A program made the translations under genes and the position numbers. A stretch of 64,000 nucleotides of DNA from Octopus vulgaris (taxonomy: Eukaryota), in the NCBI GenBank assembly GCA_951406725.2, contig OX597830.1, positions 39,990,001-40,054,000 of the forward strand, read 5' to 3'. This document shows positions 52,784 to 64,000 of this stretch, one piece after another. The first letter of the stretch is position 1; each line of letters starts with the position of its first letter. Under the pieces are notes generated by a model that was given only the letters and a program-made list of their open reading frames with translations, was not told where the DNA came from and searched no databases.

Positions 52784-53581
52784 TCATCATGATCATGATA
52801 CCGAAACTGCTTTTAATTCATAGAACGAAATTTAGAAAGAAGAATGGTTGCGGACCAAATAAATTATAATAATAATATCGTTTTTGTTATTTTCCCTTAT
52901 AATTTTGTCTTTTTCCCACAAATAAAACCCTCCACTATTGACTACAAGCCAGTTTGAAAACGAAGCTCCAGTTGCATTGATTTCTGCTCAACTTGTTGAC
53001 GAAAAGGATTCCAAATCTGCAGATGCTCTTCCACTTTTGGCACCGGGTGATACCAATTTTGAAAGGTTTCTACATGATGTCAATTATAATAATCATCCTT
53101 AACGAATGTTTCTTTACCAATTTTAGCATGTTTATATGACACACAATGTTACTTAGGTGTTTTTCTATATTTATTTCATGAAGTTTTGGTTTCCGGAAAG
53201 GTGTATTTTGGGAGACAATAGAAGCGAAATTCAGTTTGTTTTTTTTTTAATAGGAGAAAATGAATGAATGCACTTCGATTAATGAGTTTCAATTTACGAG
53301 TACATTTTCATCAAGGGATTTCATTCGTTAAACTCATAATTAGCGTGTGTTCATTTATGTTGTGCGCGCGCATGTCTGTGTGTGTGTTCGTGTGTGTGTG
53401 TATACAGGTGTATGCATGCCTACGCTTGAATATATATATTACATTTTATAAAAATATCATACGTTATTTTTTGCGAACAATAGCGTCGTCGGTTTTATGT
53501 TCCTAATAGGTCAATCAGTGAATTTCCATTATACATATAGATTGATAAATAGATAGATAAATAGATAGAGATAGATAGAAT

Positions 53582-53649
<68 letters not shown>

Positions 53650-53654
53650 CACAA

Positions 53655-53721
<67 letters not shown>

Positions 53722-53990
53722 TCATATCTGCATGTACATACATATACATTTAAATAATAAGGGTAAAGAATTGAATATTAATTTGATTAATATCAATTTA
53801 AAACCATTGGCCTAGCATATTGAAAAAATCTGAAGATTCAGAAAACTTATATTATATACACATATTTGTATATATACGAAATATATATCGAGATGTACAT
53901 ATATACAAATTTCTATCTACATATATGTGTGTGTGTGAGAGAGAAAGTGTCTAAGAAACATATATATATATATGTATATATATATATGTA

Positions 53991-54052
<62 letters not shown>

Positions 54053-54055
<3 letters not shown>

Positions 54056-54396
54056 AAATGGATAAATGAATTATCTTGTTACGGATTATTCAAAATTTAA
54101 CCGATACCTGGGTAGCAAAAATCACAACAGAAAAAACACGGTTGAAGTTACGACCATGGGGTGTCGCAACCGTGCCTTAGCGCGGATAATTGAAGTTTAA
54201 TATATTTAGTGAAGTGAAGAAATGCTTGCTGCGCATTTGTTTGGAGATTTAAATTCCTGGATTTTCCTGAAGAGAAAGCTGCAAAATGGTCCCCTTATTC
54301 AATCCGAATTTGGAAATTTGCGGCCTTTGAAACATGTGTAGAAAATAATAAAAGGAATTCTGTAGAAACTTTGTTCAGCTCCATTTCTTCACTTCA

Positions 54397-54400
<4 letters not shown>
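54053..54400. mobile_element. PLE-end cassette with short inverted arm and an intact HHR
   Basis: TTAGTGAAGTGAAGAAATG / CATTTCTTCACTTCACTAA inverted pair. Homologous to 9027-9334 and flanked by (TA)n. Confidence 0.75.
54261..54346 (+). ncRNA. Type I hammerhead ribozyme motif
   Basis: AUUUUC-CUGAAGA-gAAAGCUGCAAA...UUUGCGGCCUUU-GAAAC-AUGU-GUA-GAAAAU: 6-bp stem I, intact core, followed by AATAAA. Confidence 0.8.
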
Positions 54401-54456
<56 letters not shown>

Positions 54457-54699
54457 AGATAAGAAAATGGAGAAATACATCTAAATCAAATATCAATTAC
54501 CAGATAATACTCAATCACATACTTTATTAAACCACCACATAAGAGACTGTAGGGTTAAATATAAAAAGCAGAACAAATCAGTGTACATAAAGGAATGTAC
54601 ATAAAAAAGTGTACATAAAAGAATAATGTTGTATAATAAGTAGAATATATATAAAAGAGAATATAAATACAAGTAAATATAAATATAAGTATAAATTAG

Positions 54700-54826
54700 A
54701 TCTTACAGCTGTTTCGGCCATGTCGATAAGTATGTCCCATTTTACCAATATTAGCCCTTTATGGTTGGTCAATATATAGATATAAATGAGACATTAACAA
54801 ACATATCACAAGGCCTCTTCGGAGAT
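54700..54826 (-). ncRNA. Hammerhead motif, left arm
   Basis: Mirror of 55901-56027. Confidence 0.7.
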
Positions 54827-55900
54827 TATGTAATATAACTCAGTCTACATATATACCCACATGGGTATGTGTGCGTACCCACAATACAACATATATATAT
54901 ACATATGAGTGCATATACTCACACTCCTATACATATAAAAATATACATTTACATAATGATATAAATAAATAATATAAATTAGTAAACATATATATGTGTT
55001 CCACACTCAATGTCTCAGTTTTTCGACTTAATATTGTGATAATAAACATACACAAATTAATACCTAGATGCAAATATACATAGTCAATAGTACATTATAT
55101 TACTTCATAATAGTTTCTAAAGTGTCATTAAAGTTAGTATCATTATCGTTGTCAATACCATTAATGTTATCATTATTATCATTCATAATATTATTAATAA
55201 CTCTTACATTATGATCCAGAGCGGAATATATGTATGTCCGTGTTCCAGTTAATAATTTTCCTTATGACATAATTTTATTTTTAAAAAGTATATCTATGAT
55301 AGTTTAGCCGTTGTTTTATACTATTTTTAGTCGCACCAATGTACACCCTGCTATTATATTGTGTATTTACAGTGCATTGGTAAACCACGGTTCTCAATTG
55401 ACCAACCGTGAGGAAGATAATGATAATTTTAAATTCAAATCCAATAGTGTATTTATGTCATAAGGAAAATTATTAACTGGAACACGGACATACATATATT
55501 CCGCTCTGGATCATAATGTAAGAGTTATTAATAATATTATGAATGATAATAATGATAACATTAATGGTATTGACAACGATAATGATACTAACTTTAATGA
55601 CACTTTAGAAACTATTATGAAGTAATATAATGTACTATTGACTATGTATATTTGCATCTAGGTATTAATTTGTGTATGTTTATTATCACAATATTAAGTC
55701 GAAAAACTGAGACGTTGCGTGTGGAACACATATATATGTTTACTAATTTATATTATTTATTTATATCATTATGTAAATGTATATTTTTATATGTATAGGA
55801 GTGTGAGTATATGCACTCATATGTATATATATATATGTTGTATTGTGGGTACGCACACATACCCATGTGGGTATATATGTAGACTGAGTTATATTACATA

Positions 55901-56027
55901 ATCTCCGAAGAGGCCTTGTGATATTTTTGTTAATGTCTCATTTATATCTATATATTGACCAACCATAAAGGGCTAATATTGGTAAAATGGGACATACTTA
56001 TCGACATGGCCGAAACAGCTGTAAGAT
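55901..56027 (+). ncRNA. Hammerhead motif, right arm
   Basis: AUCU-CCGAAGA-GGCCuUGU...ACAUGGCC-GAAAC-AGCU-GUA-AGAU. U4C core variant with palindromic stem III. Confidence 0.7.
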
Positions 56028-56765
56028 CTAATTTATACTTATATTTATATTTACTTGTATTTATATTCTCTTTTATATATATTCTACTTATTATACAACA
56101 TTATTCTTTTATGTACACTTTTTTATGTACATTCCTTTATGTACACTGATTTGTTCTGCTTTTTATATTTAACCCTACAGTCTCTTATGTGGTGGTTTAA
56201 TAAAGTATGTGATTGAGTATTATCTGGTAATTGATATTTGATTTAGATGTATTTCTCCATTTTCTTATCTTGTATTAGTAATTTGTGGTAAATCATTTTA
56301 CCGTTGCCCATATAATACAGTAAATGAATTGATTGCATCGCAATCATTAACATTTATGTATTAACTTTGTTGGGTACTTCACTAGCAGTATATTGGATAT
56401 ACGTTATCCCATAGAGGGTTGCATTTACAACCCCTATCTCAATTTGTATATATATATATATATATATACAGAGAGAGAGAGAGGGGGTAAGCAGAGCTAG
56501 CAGTTATAATAACCGAGTAAAGGATAAAATATTCGTATTTACTATCGCTATCAGTTACCCGTGTTATCTCTGGGCATAGGTATGCATGCACACTATACCC
56601 ATAGGGTACAGGTAACAACAGAATAAAGAAAAAGTTTATCAGGAATCAAATATGAATAATCAGAAAATGGAGAAAACCTGAAATCAACAAACAAATCAAT
56701 TGTACCACATGTAAAGCTCATTTTTTAATACAAAACAAGACATAACATTTATGTGACAAAAACAA

Positions 56766-56868
56766 TTCTTACGGCCGTTTCCGCTTCCGATGACATTCAG
56801 TGCCAACAAAGAATTTCGAAAATAATATTCTTCATTTTCCTAGGACATTCACGGAGCTACATCAGAGT
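56766..56868 (-). ncRNA. Degenerate hammerhead in another PLE end (56483-56870)
   Basis: CU-CUGAUGuA-GCUCCG...CGGAAGC-gGAAAC-GGCC-GUA-AG. Confidence 0.45.
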
Positions 56869-57464
56869 TAATACAAAAGCGTCCAAAATAAGCAAAGGGA
56901 AGAAGGAATAGGATAGAAAACATGTCCTAAAGAAGAAGTCTGGAAGCTGGGCCATGTTTTCTTTCCTATTCATTCTTCCTTCAGAAAAAAATATTAGAAT
57001 TTTAATAAATTTCAGAAAATGAATATTATATCCAAGTAAGCTAAAAGGTATACTAGGATCAATTTTAAACATTAAAAGGAAGACTTCTATTATGTAGAAT
57101 CAATTAAATACCTCAACTTCACTTAATCTTAATTAATTAACTATTAGGTGGTCTCTATAAAGACCACTCAAACCACTTAGATATGGAATATCTGGGAAGA
57201 TATACATACTTATTTAGTGATTGAAAGTTGTGAATCAGAGGCAGGATAAACAGATCATACATATATATAATTAAATATAAATATACAAGAAAAAGTGTGT
57301 ATTGATATATGTAGTTGTAAAAGCATAAAAAATAATGCATAGAGATACATATTGCAAAAGGGGTTTTATATATACATACATATAAATACACACACACTCA
57401 CACACACGCACACACTTCACACACACACACACACACACTTCACAGACATACACACGCGCACACG

Positions 57465-57530
<66 letters not shown>

Positions 57531-58099
57531 TACTCATATAAAAATAAACATATACACACATCTGTATACGCTTATGTAAAAGAGTATAGTATAATTTATT
57601 TGGCGTAAACAGAAGTAGCTGAAAATATCAGTTTATGAACATGAAAACTAACAATTTAAGAGCCATACTGAGCCACATCGTAGCCTGCATGCGTGCGAGA
57701 ATGAGAGGCAACATGCTCAATGTTTCATAGGTTGCCATATCAGTATAAGCGAAGGTAAATAGGAATGCAAAGATACAAAATTTAATACCATTCAATTTTT
57801 AACAATATAAAGGTAGGACCTAAAGGATAAGATATTAAACATGATAAACATACCAAAATAAGAACTCAAAAAAACAAGAATTTATAGAAAAATAATAAGA
57901 AATACATATTAAGGGGCAGGGTATTAAAAATTAAACGCAGGAAAGATGAAAGTAACCTAAAAAGGCTAATCGGTATGGAAGTAAAGAGGACAGTTTAAGG
58001 TATTCTTACCGAAGTGGTTTTGTAAGTTATAATATTATTATATTACAGGTGCTATTGTATGTATGATTGTAAAGTTCATAGGGGGTATAAGATTAAGTC

Positions 58100-58975
58100 A
58101 AGGGGAACTAGTTGTCTCAGAATCATTACAAATATACAGAATTTGACTGAGCGGGTAGAAATTCATAGAAGGAAAGCATGGTGTAATCAGCAAATAGGAT
58201 TAAGTCAGACTAACTAGGCTGGGGTTATCAAAGGTTAATAATACGTCTAATACAACACATATCATAATACATAGCATATAACATATGTAAAGTAATAAGA
58301 TATTCAAAAGTAGAAAAAACTCCTCCACCTAACCCATTACTGGAATATTTTGAAAAAGATTTATTCGAACTAATATCAAATATAAAATTCAATGAACACT
58401 CGCTCAGAGGAACCTTATACCTGAGGAAACTTCGGAACTTTATTAAAACGCTACGGAACAAACCAGGAATACCTGTGCCGGTGGATAAAACTGGGAATTT
58501 GTATAGACTGGATTATAATACCTGTAGAAGACTAATAGAGAAGGAGCTTAACGCTAAATATAAAATAACGACGAAATAGAATCCCTTGGACATCAACTTA
58601 GAAATTAGAAAAATTATGATGGACTACGACTTAGCGGATAGAACAGAACCCTTGAAACCAAATGAACCAAGGATTAACCTCGAGAACCAGGATTAACCTC
58701 AAGAACCAGGATTAACCTCAAGAACTTCCAAAACAATTCTACAGTTAGACTGATTTGCTCGACTAAACCTGATAGTAGTTGACTTAGTAAATCCATTCTG
58801 CATACTATACTGACCATAATAGTTTCTAATCTATATCTTAGGTTATGGAGAAATACTGAGGAAATGATACATTGGTTCAAATCTATTGAAAATATACGTA
58901 ATTACTTGTTTATACAATTTGATATCAACAATTATTATTCTAGTATATCTCCTATTCTCCTTAACAAATCTAATG
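58100..58975 (+). pseudogene. Degraded N-terminal RT region of a second PLE clade (possibly Naiad-like)
   Basis: KTPPPNPLLEYFEKDLFELISNIKF, VDKTGNLY, NFQNNSTVRLI, LWRNTEEMIHWFKSIEN, FIQFDINNYYSSIS, with stops. 19-bp unit triplicated at ~58664-58725. Confidence 0.75.
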
Positions 58976-59888
58976 CTTGAAAAATTTATTATAAAATAAA
59001 ACCCGTAAACCCGTGGTCTCGAAAGGCGGTTCCCCGTAAAGTGAGTTATAACAGTATACATACATACATACATACATACATACATACATACATACATACA
59101 TACATACATACATACATACATACATAGGTACAGGTTTCGGTATTTCTGTTTTCTGATATAATTATTTTACCTGACATATTCGACTTTGTCGGAGTATATT
59201 ATTATGTAGAATAATACAAACATACAATCACACAAATTAATTTGTTTAGGAGATAAATTGTGAGAAAAGGAGTACCTTTTAAAAATCGATTGGATTAAAT
59301 AGGTCAGTGTATTTTTATTTCAATAACTGGTTCATTTATTTCCACGCATCATGTATCTATCTATCTATTTATTTATCTATCTATCAATCTATCTACCTAT
59401 CTGTCTGTCTATCTGTCTAGCTTTCCCCATTTTTATATATATATATATATATATATCTGGTTTTGGGGAAAGAAAAAAGTAAAGGAAGTTCAGTTGTTAG
59501 TTATGATTTTATTCAACACATTCCCCTCTCACATTCACGCACTTTTCTTTTTTGCAGCAGTCCTTCAGGTTTTCTGATTCAGAAGTTTGGGCCACCAGCC
59601 AGCCCTTTTCTCGATACCCTTCAAGCCAAGAACTTTTCAGCACCCCCTTGTACATATATATACATATATATTCATAAATATATATATGTGTGTGTATGTG
59701 TGTGTGTGTTTATTCATATATATGTAACATATATGTATGTTTATATATACACACGTATACACTGTATATAGCGTATGAATATATATATATATATATATAT
59801 ATATAAGTCTGTGTGTGTGTATGTGTGTGTGTTTATGTGTGCGCGTGTATGTGTGTGTTTGTGTGTCTCTCTCTCTCTCTCTCTCTCT

Positions 59889-59933
<45 letters not shown>

Positions 59934-60199
59934 GAGAGGCTTCTTTCCGTTTCCGTCAACCAAATCACTCTTTGGTCGGCCCGAAGCTAAAGTAGAAGAC
60001 ATTTGCCCATGTGGTTGGGAAGCAAGCTTCTTACCACACAGCCACGCCTGCGCCTTACTTATATAATTTGCATAATTTACTCCAAATGAATTATTTTTCG
60101 AATCTGTAACTTTTTCCTGAATTCGATAAAGTGTTTGGGTGCAAACTATATTCTTGGTTTTAATTTCCTTTGTAAGAAAGTTTCGGGTAAACCCACTTA

Positions 60200-61913
60200 C
60201 TTATACCCTTCTCCACGGAAAGGATGATAGCGCATCACCAACGTCTTGTCGAAGATGGAAACAAAATGGAAGTTTGACAAATATAGCAAGCTGTTGGAAC
60301 AGAAACAGAAAAGAAAAGAAATCCAGAAACTTAAAAGTGCGCCGAAATCGAAAGCAACGCGTCACAGCAGAAAGAGTTTGTCTTTCTCAGGGACTGCCTG
60401 GAATGTAACTACTTCGTTTAGCCAACGACACAGCGGAGAATCTCTCAAGGAGCTGGAGAAGATAGAAAGGAACAATGTCGTTGATGACAGAAAAATAAAA
60501 AAAAACAATGTGTTGAGAACATCTCCGATTTTATGGAACCCTTGATTAATAAATTGTTGGTGGAAACGGCATCGATATTCTTATAGGCATATATGATGCA
60601 ACGATTCAAAAGATTTGGGATCTTTTAAACGTAATCTGATTCAAAGAAACACGTGTGTTTCGAGTGTGCATGTTTCCTGTATAGAAAGCGGAAGGAGATC
60701 GGGGTCATGGGGTACCCAGCTCAAGGTGACGGATTCTCACTCATGCGTCTTTGGGTTGGCTTTATTACATGTATGTAACTATATACGTGCGTGAGATATT
60801 TATCCTGTGGATTTAGAAAGAAAAATGACACCCCACTTCAATATTTAAAGAAAATGAACACTTTGAAACAGATTTTTAACTAAGTAAAATGAATAGACTT
60901 TATGATAACCCATTGGAAGTTTCAAAACGGCTTAAAGAGAATTTAAGATAACTTAGTAAATGGCTGGTTTATATACATATGCATTCGATCCATCCGTTAC
61001 TATTCTAAGAAATTTAGGTTCTGCAGTTGCTAAAGATACGTCATCCTTATCTTCAGACGAGGCCATATTCATTAATGCTTTAATTTCATTATATTACTAT
61101 CGTTGTTGTTGTTGTTGTCGTTGTCGTCGTTGTTGCTACTGCTGCTGCTGCAACAATGCGGCGCTTCATTGTATTAATTTTATGCATAAAATACAGTACA
61201 CAATTCGTACTGACATTTGCCCGCGTAAAAATAGATCGAGAAATATTCACCCATATTGCCAGAGACATTCTTTTAATGTTTAATGTTTCATTTTCCAATA
61301 AATCATCGACATCGTAAGATCGTTAAAAGAAGTGCAGCGTAGGTAAGATATTTAAGATGTAAACATTTTGCAAGTTCTGTTAATCAATCAAGCTTCTGAA
61401 ATCTTATCCAAAACAGTAATATAGTCTAAAATCCCCTTCTTGTAATTTCATGGCCCCAAGCATTTCCCAGATTCCGTTACTGTCATTTGAAAGCTCTATT
61501 ATATTATACGTAAGTTCAACTAACTGTTAACACCACCCGAAGTGCACTGTTAATGAATCTCGGTCAACGGCCTGAGGGAGAATTGCTTTAAAACACGACT
61601 TCACCAACATATTAATGCATTCATAAAAATCTGAAAGGAAATTCTCTACAAGCCTCCCCAAACGTATCTTTTCTTCTTTTTGAAAGGAAACAGGATCCGT
61701 GACTTTTAAAGTTCAATGTTCGATTCTAGGTCACGCCACACCTAATGAACATAGCTGTTATTTTAACATGATAGCTGATTAAACGAATGTTTGCGACTAC
61801 TAAGTAATTACAAACGTTACACATTTTTTTTTACTTCGTAACTACACACCTTAACATGTTTCACTGACGCTGCAAAATCTTCAAGCAATGGAATAATTTG
61901 ATATTCCACCAAC
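60200..61913 (-). pseudogene. Possible decayed intron-containing gene of unknown identity
   Basis: Exon-like 61850-61913 (LVEYQIIPLLEDFAASVKHVK) with AG/GT, a 108-nt phase-0 intron, then a long protein-like frame with scattered stops. Confidence 0.35.
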
Positions 61914-62054
61914 CTACAGATTATAAAAACGTTTAATCGATATAAGTTATTTTCTTTTTACTCTAATTTCTAATCAAGCACAAACTCACAAACTCGCAAA
62001 CACATACATACACATACATACACATACATATTTGCCTACCTGCTTACATACAAG

Positions 62055-62372
62055 GAGGCGCAATGGCCCAGTGGTTAGGGCAGCAGACTCGGCGTCGGAG
62101 GATCGCGGTTTTGATTCCCAGACTGGGCGTTGTGTGTGTTTATTGAGCGAAAACACCTAAAGCTCCACGAGGCTCCGGCAGGGAGTGGTGGCTACCTCTG
62201 TTGTACTCTTTCGCCCCAACTTTCTCTCATTCTCTCTTCCTGTTTCTTGAGTAACGCTGCAATAGACTGGCGTCCCGTCCAGCTGGGGGGAACACATACG
62301 CCACAGAAACCGGGAAACCGGGCCCATGAGCCTGGCTAGGCTTGAAAAGGGTGCATAAATAAAATCAAAATA
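62055..62372 (+). mobile_element. tRNA-derived SINE sharing its 3' part with family C
   Basis: GGAGGCGCAATGGCCCAGTGGTTAGGG head, GGTTTTGATTCCC B-box, shared tail. Confidence 0.85.
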
Positions 62373-62374
62373 AC

Positions 62375-62405
<31 letters not shown>

Positions 62406-62914
62406 CATACATACATACATACATACATACATACATACATACATACATACATACATACATACATACAAGTTCTTATACCATACATGTTTTTATTATTCAT
62501 TCTTATTCTTACACTTCTCAGTATCGAATTCTCCTGTCCCACATTGCTTCAAGCAATGGTGACATCATTAACCAATAATATCCCATTTATAATTTTTTTC
62601 CAAGCAACGTTCGCTATGTTAATTCTATGTGTGTGTGTGTGTGTTATTTTATTCTTTGATTTGTTTCAGTCATTTGCGGGCCATACTGGAGTACCGCCTT
62701 ATAAAGGAATAAATAAAGTTCATAAATTCGTGCAAGTTGTCTTGTGGAGAACTCCACGTCAACGCGATCATCCTTTCTAGTCAAAGCCACACAATTCACG
62801 TCTGAGTATTTTTATTTATGACTCGAAACAGTGAATCCCTGATGTCTACTTTTTGGCCCAACATAGTCAATGAGATCAAACAAGTTGACGGGATGCCTAA
62901 ATACATTATCACTT

Positions 62915-63530
62915 ATCAATTGACCCCAGGACTTATTCTTTATAAGGCGGTACTCCAGGACTTATTCTTTATAAGCCTATTACTTATTCTATCGGTCTTT
63001 CTTTGCCGAACCGATAAATAACGGGGACGTAAATACACCAACATCGGTTGTCAAGCGATGGTGGTGGGGACAAACACACAGACACACACAAATATATAGG
63101 GTGACTCCTTTCAGTCATGAGTGACCATGGGACTGCACCTAGAAAGTTACCCTCCCAGGCACAAATCCAGGTAAAGTTGTTTATAGAAGACCAGCAGTCG
63201 ACCATGTATACCAGCTTCCCCTCTCCACACCACTGATGTTTTCCAAAGTAAAGGCAAAGGGGCCGATACAGCTTGGCACCAGTGATGCCACAGCTCATTT
63301 CTACAGCTGAGTGAACTGGAGCAACGTGAAATAAAGTGTCTTGCTCAAGAACACAACACGCAGCGCGGTCCGAGAATCGAACTCACAACCTCACGATCGT
63401 AAGCTCGACGCTCAAACCATTGAGCTTCTTTCAATTTCCGTCTACCAAGTCCACTCACATGGCTTTGGTTGGCTCGAGGCTATAGTAGACGATATTTACC
63501 CAAGTGGTTGGGAAACAAACTTGTTACCGC
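62915..63530 (-). mobile_element. SINE A interrupted by a CORE-like SINE (63100-63425)
   Basis: SINE A tail 62915-63095 and head 63425-63530 flank a tRNA-headed element whose core resembles 50360-50425. Confidence 0.8.
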
Positions 63531-63552
63531 ATATACACACACGTATTCGTAT

Positions 63553-64000
<448 letters not shown>

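Larger units (their letters stand above)
54454..56447. repeat. ~820-bp near-perfect inverted repeat with 180-bp spacer and ~175-bp one-sided tail
   Basis: 54454-55272 vs 55453-56273, only a few differences seen. Identical 64-aa ORFs on opposite strands in the track. Flanked by (TA)n. Confidence 0.95.

Noticed and set aside
54578-56149. Identical 64-aa ORFs on opposite strands
   Set aside because: A by-product of the palindrome: TTG start, AT-rich, overlapping the HHR.
58775-58790. In-frame TGA in the PLE RT relic as selenocysteine
   Set aside because: The copy has other stops and frameshifts and no SECIS was seen, so decay is the simpler explanation.
60246-60545. 99-aa Lys-rich plus-strand ORF
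   Set aside because: No recognisable motif or splice context. May be the antisense of the minus-strand relic.
61880-61910. YQIIPLLED resembling the McrB-type AAA+ C-terminal motif
   Set aside because: Too short, and no Walker A/B or NxxD motif is visible nearby.

Overview
AT-rich, microsatellite-saturated eukaryotic DNA. The SINE families and (TA)n/(TATG)n/(TAA)n load suggest an octopus or other cephalopod genome; this is an inference. No intact host gene is recognisable, and nearly all ORFs in the track are microsatellite artefacts. The window is largely mobile DNA: a 5'-truncated Penelope-like element (PLE) with an intact 765-aa RT+GIY-YIG ORF, a second degraded PLE RT, RTE and R4/Dong LINE fragments, a full-length mariner, further mariner/DD41D/Tigger relics, MITEs and several tRNA-SINE families. 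The most striking pattern is about 15 hammerhead-ribozyme (HHR)-like motifs, intact to degenerate. Many sit in foldback cassettes inserted in (TA)n tracts, including an ~820-bp near-perfect palindrome. The intact PLE has a readable 3' promoter (five CRE/CCAAT pairs at fixed 19-nt offset, TATA, Inr, Kozak ATG, splice donor). It also has an ORF1/ORF2 junction that reads either as a U-UUU-UUA -1 frameshift site or as an in-frame splice acceptor. A possible decayed intron-containing gene lies at ~60.2-61.9 kb on the minus strand. All calls were made by eye and coordinates of degraded elements are approximate.
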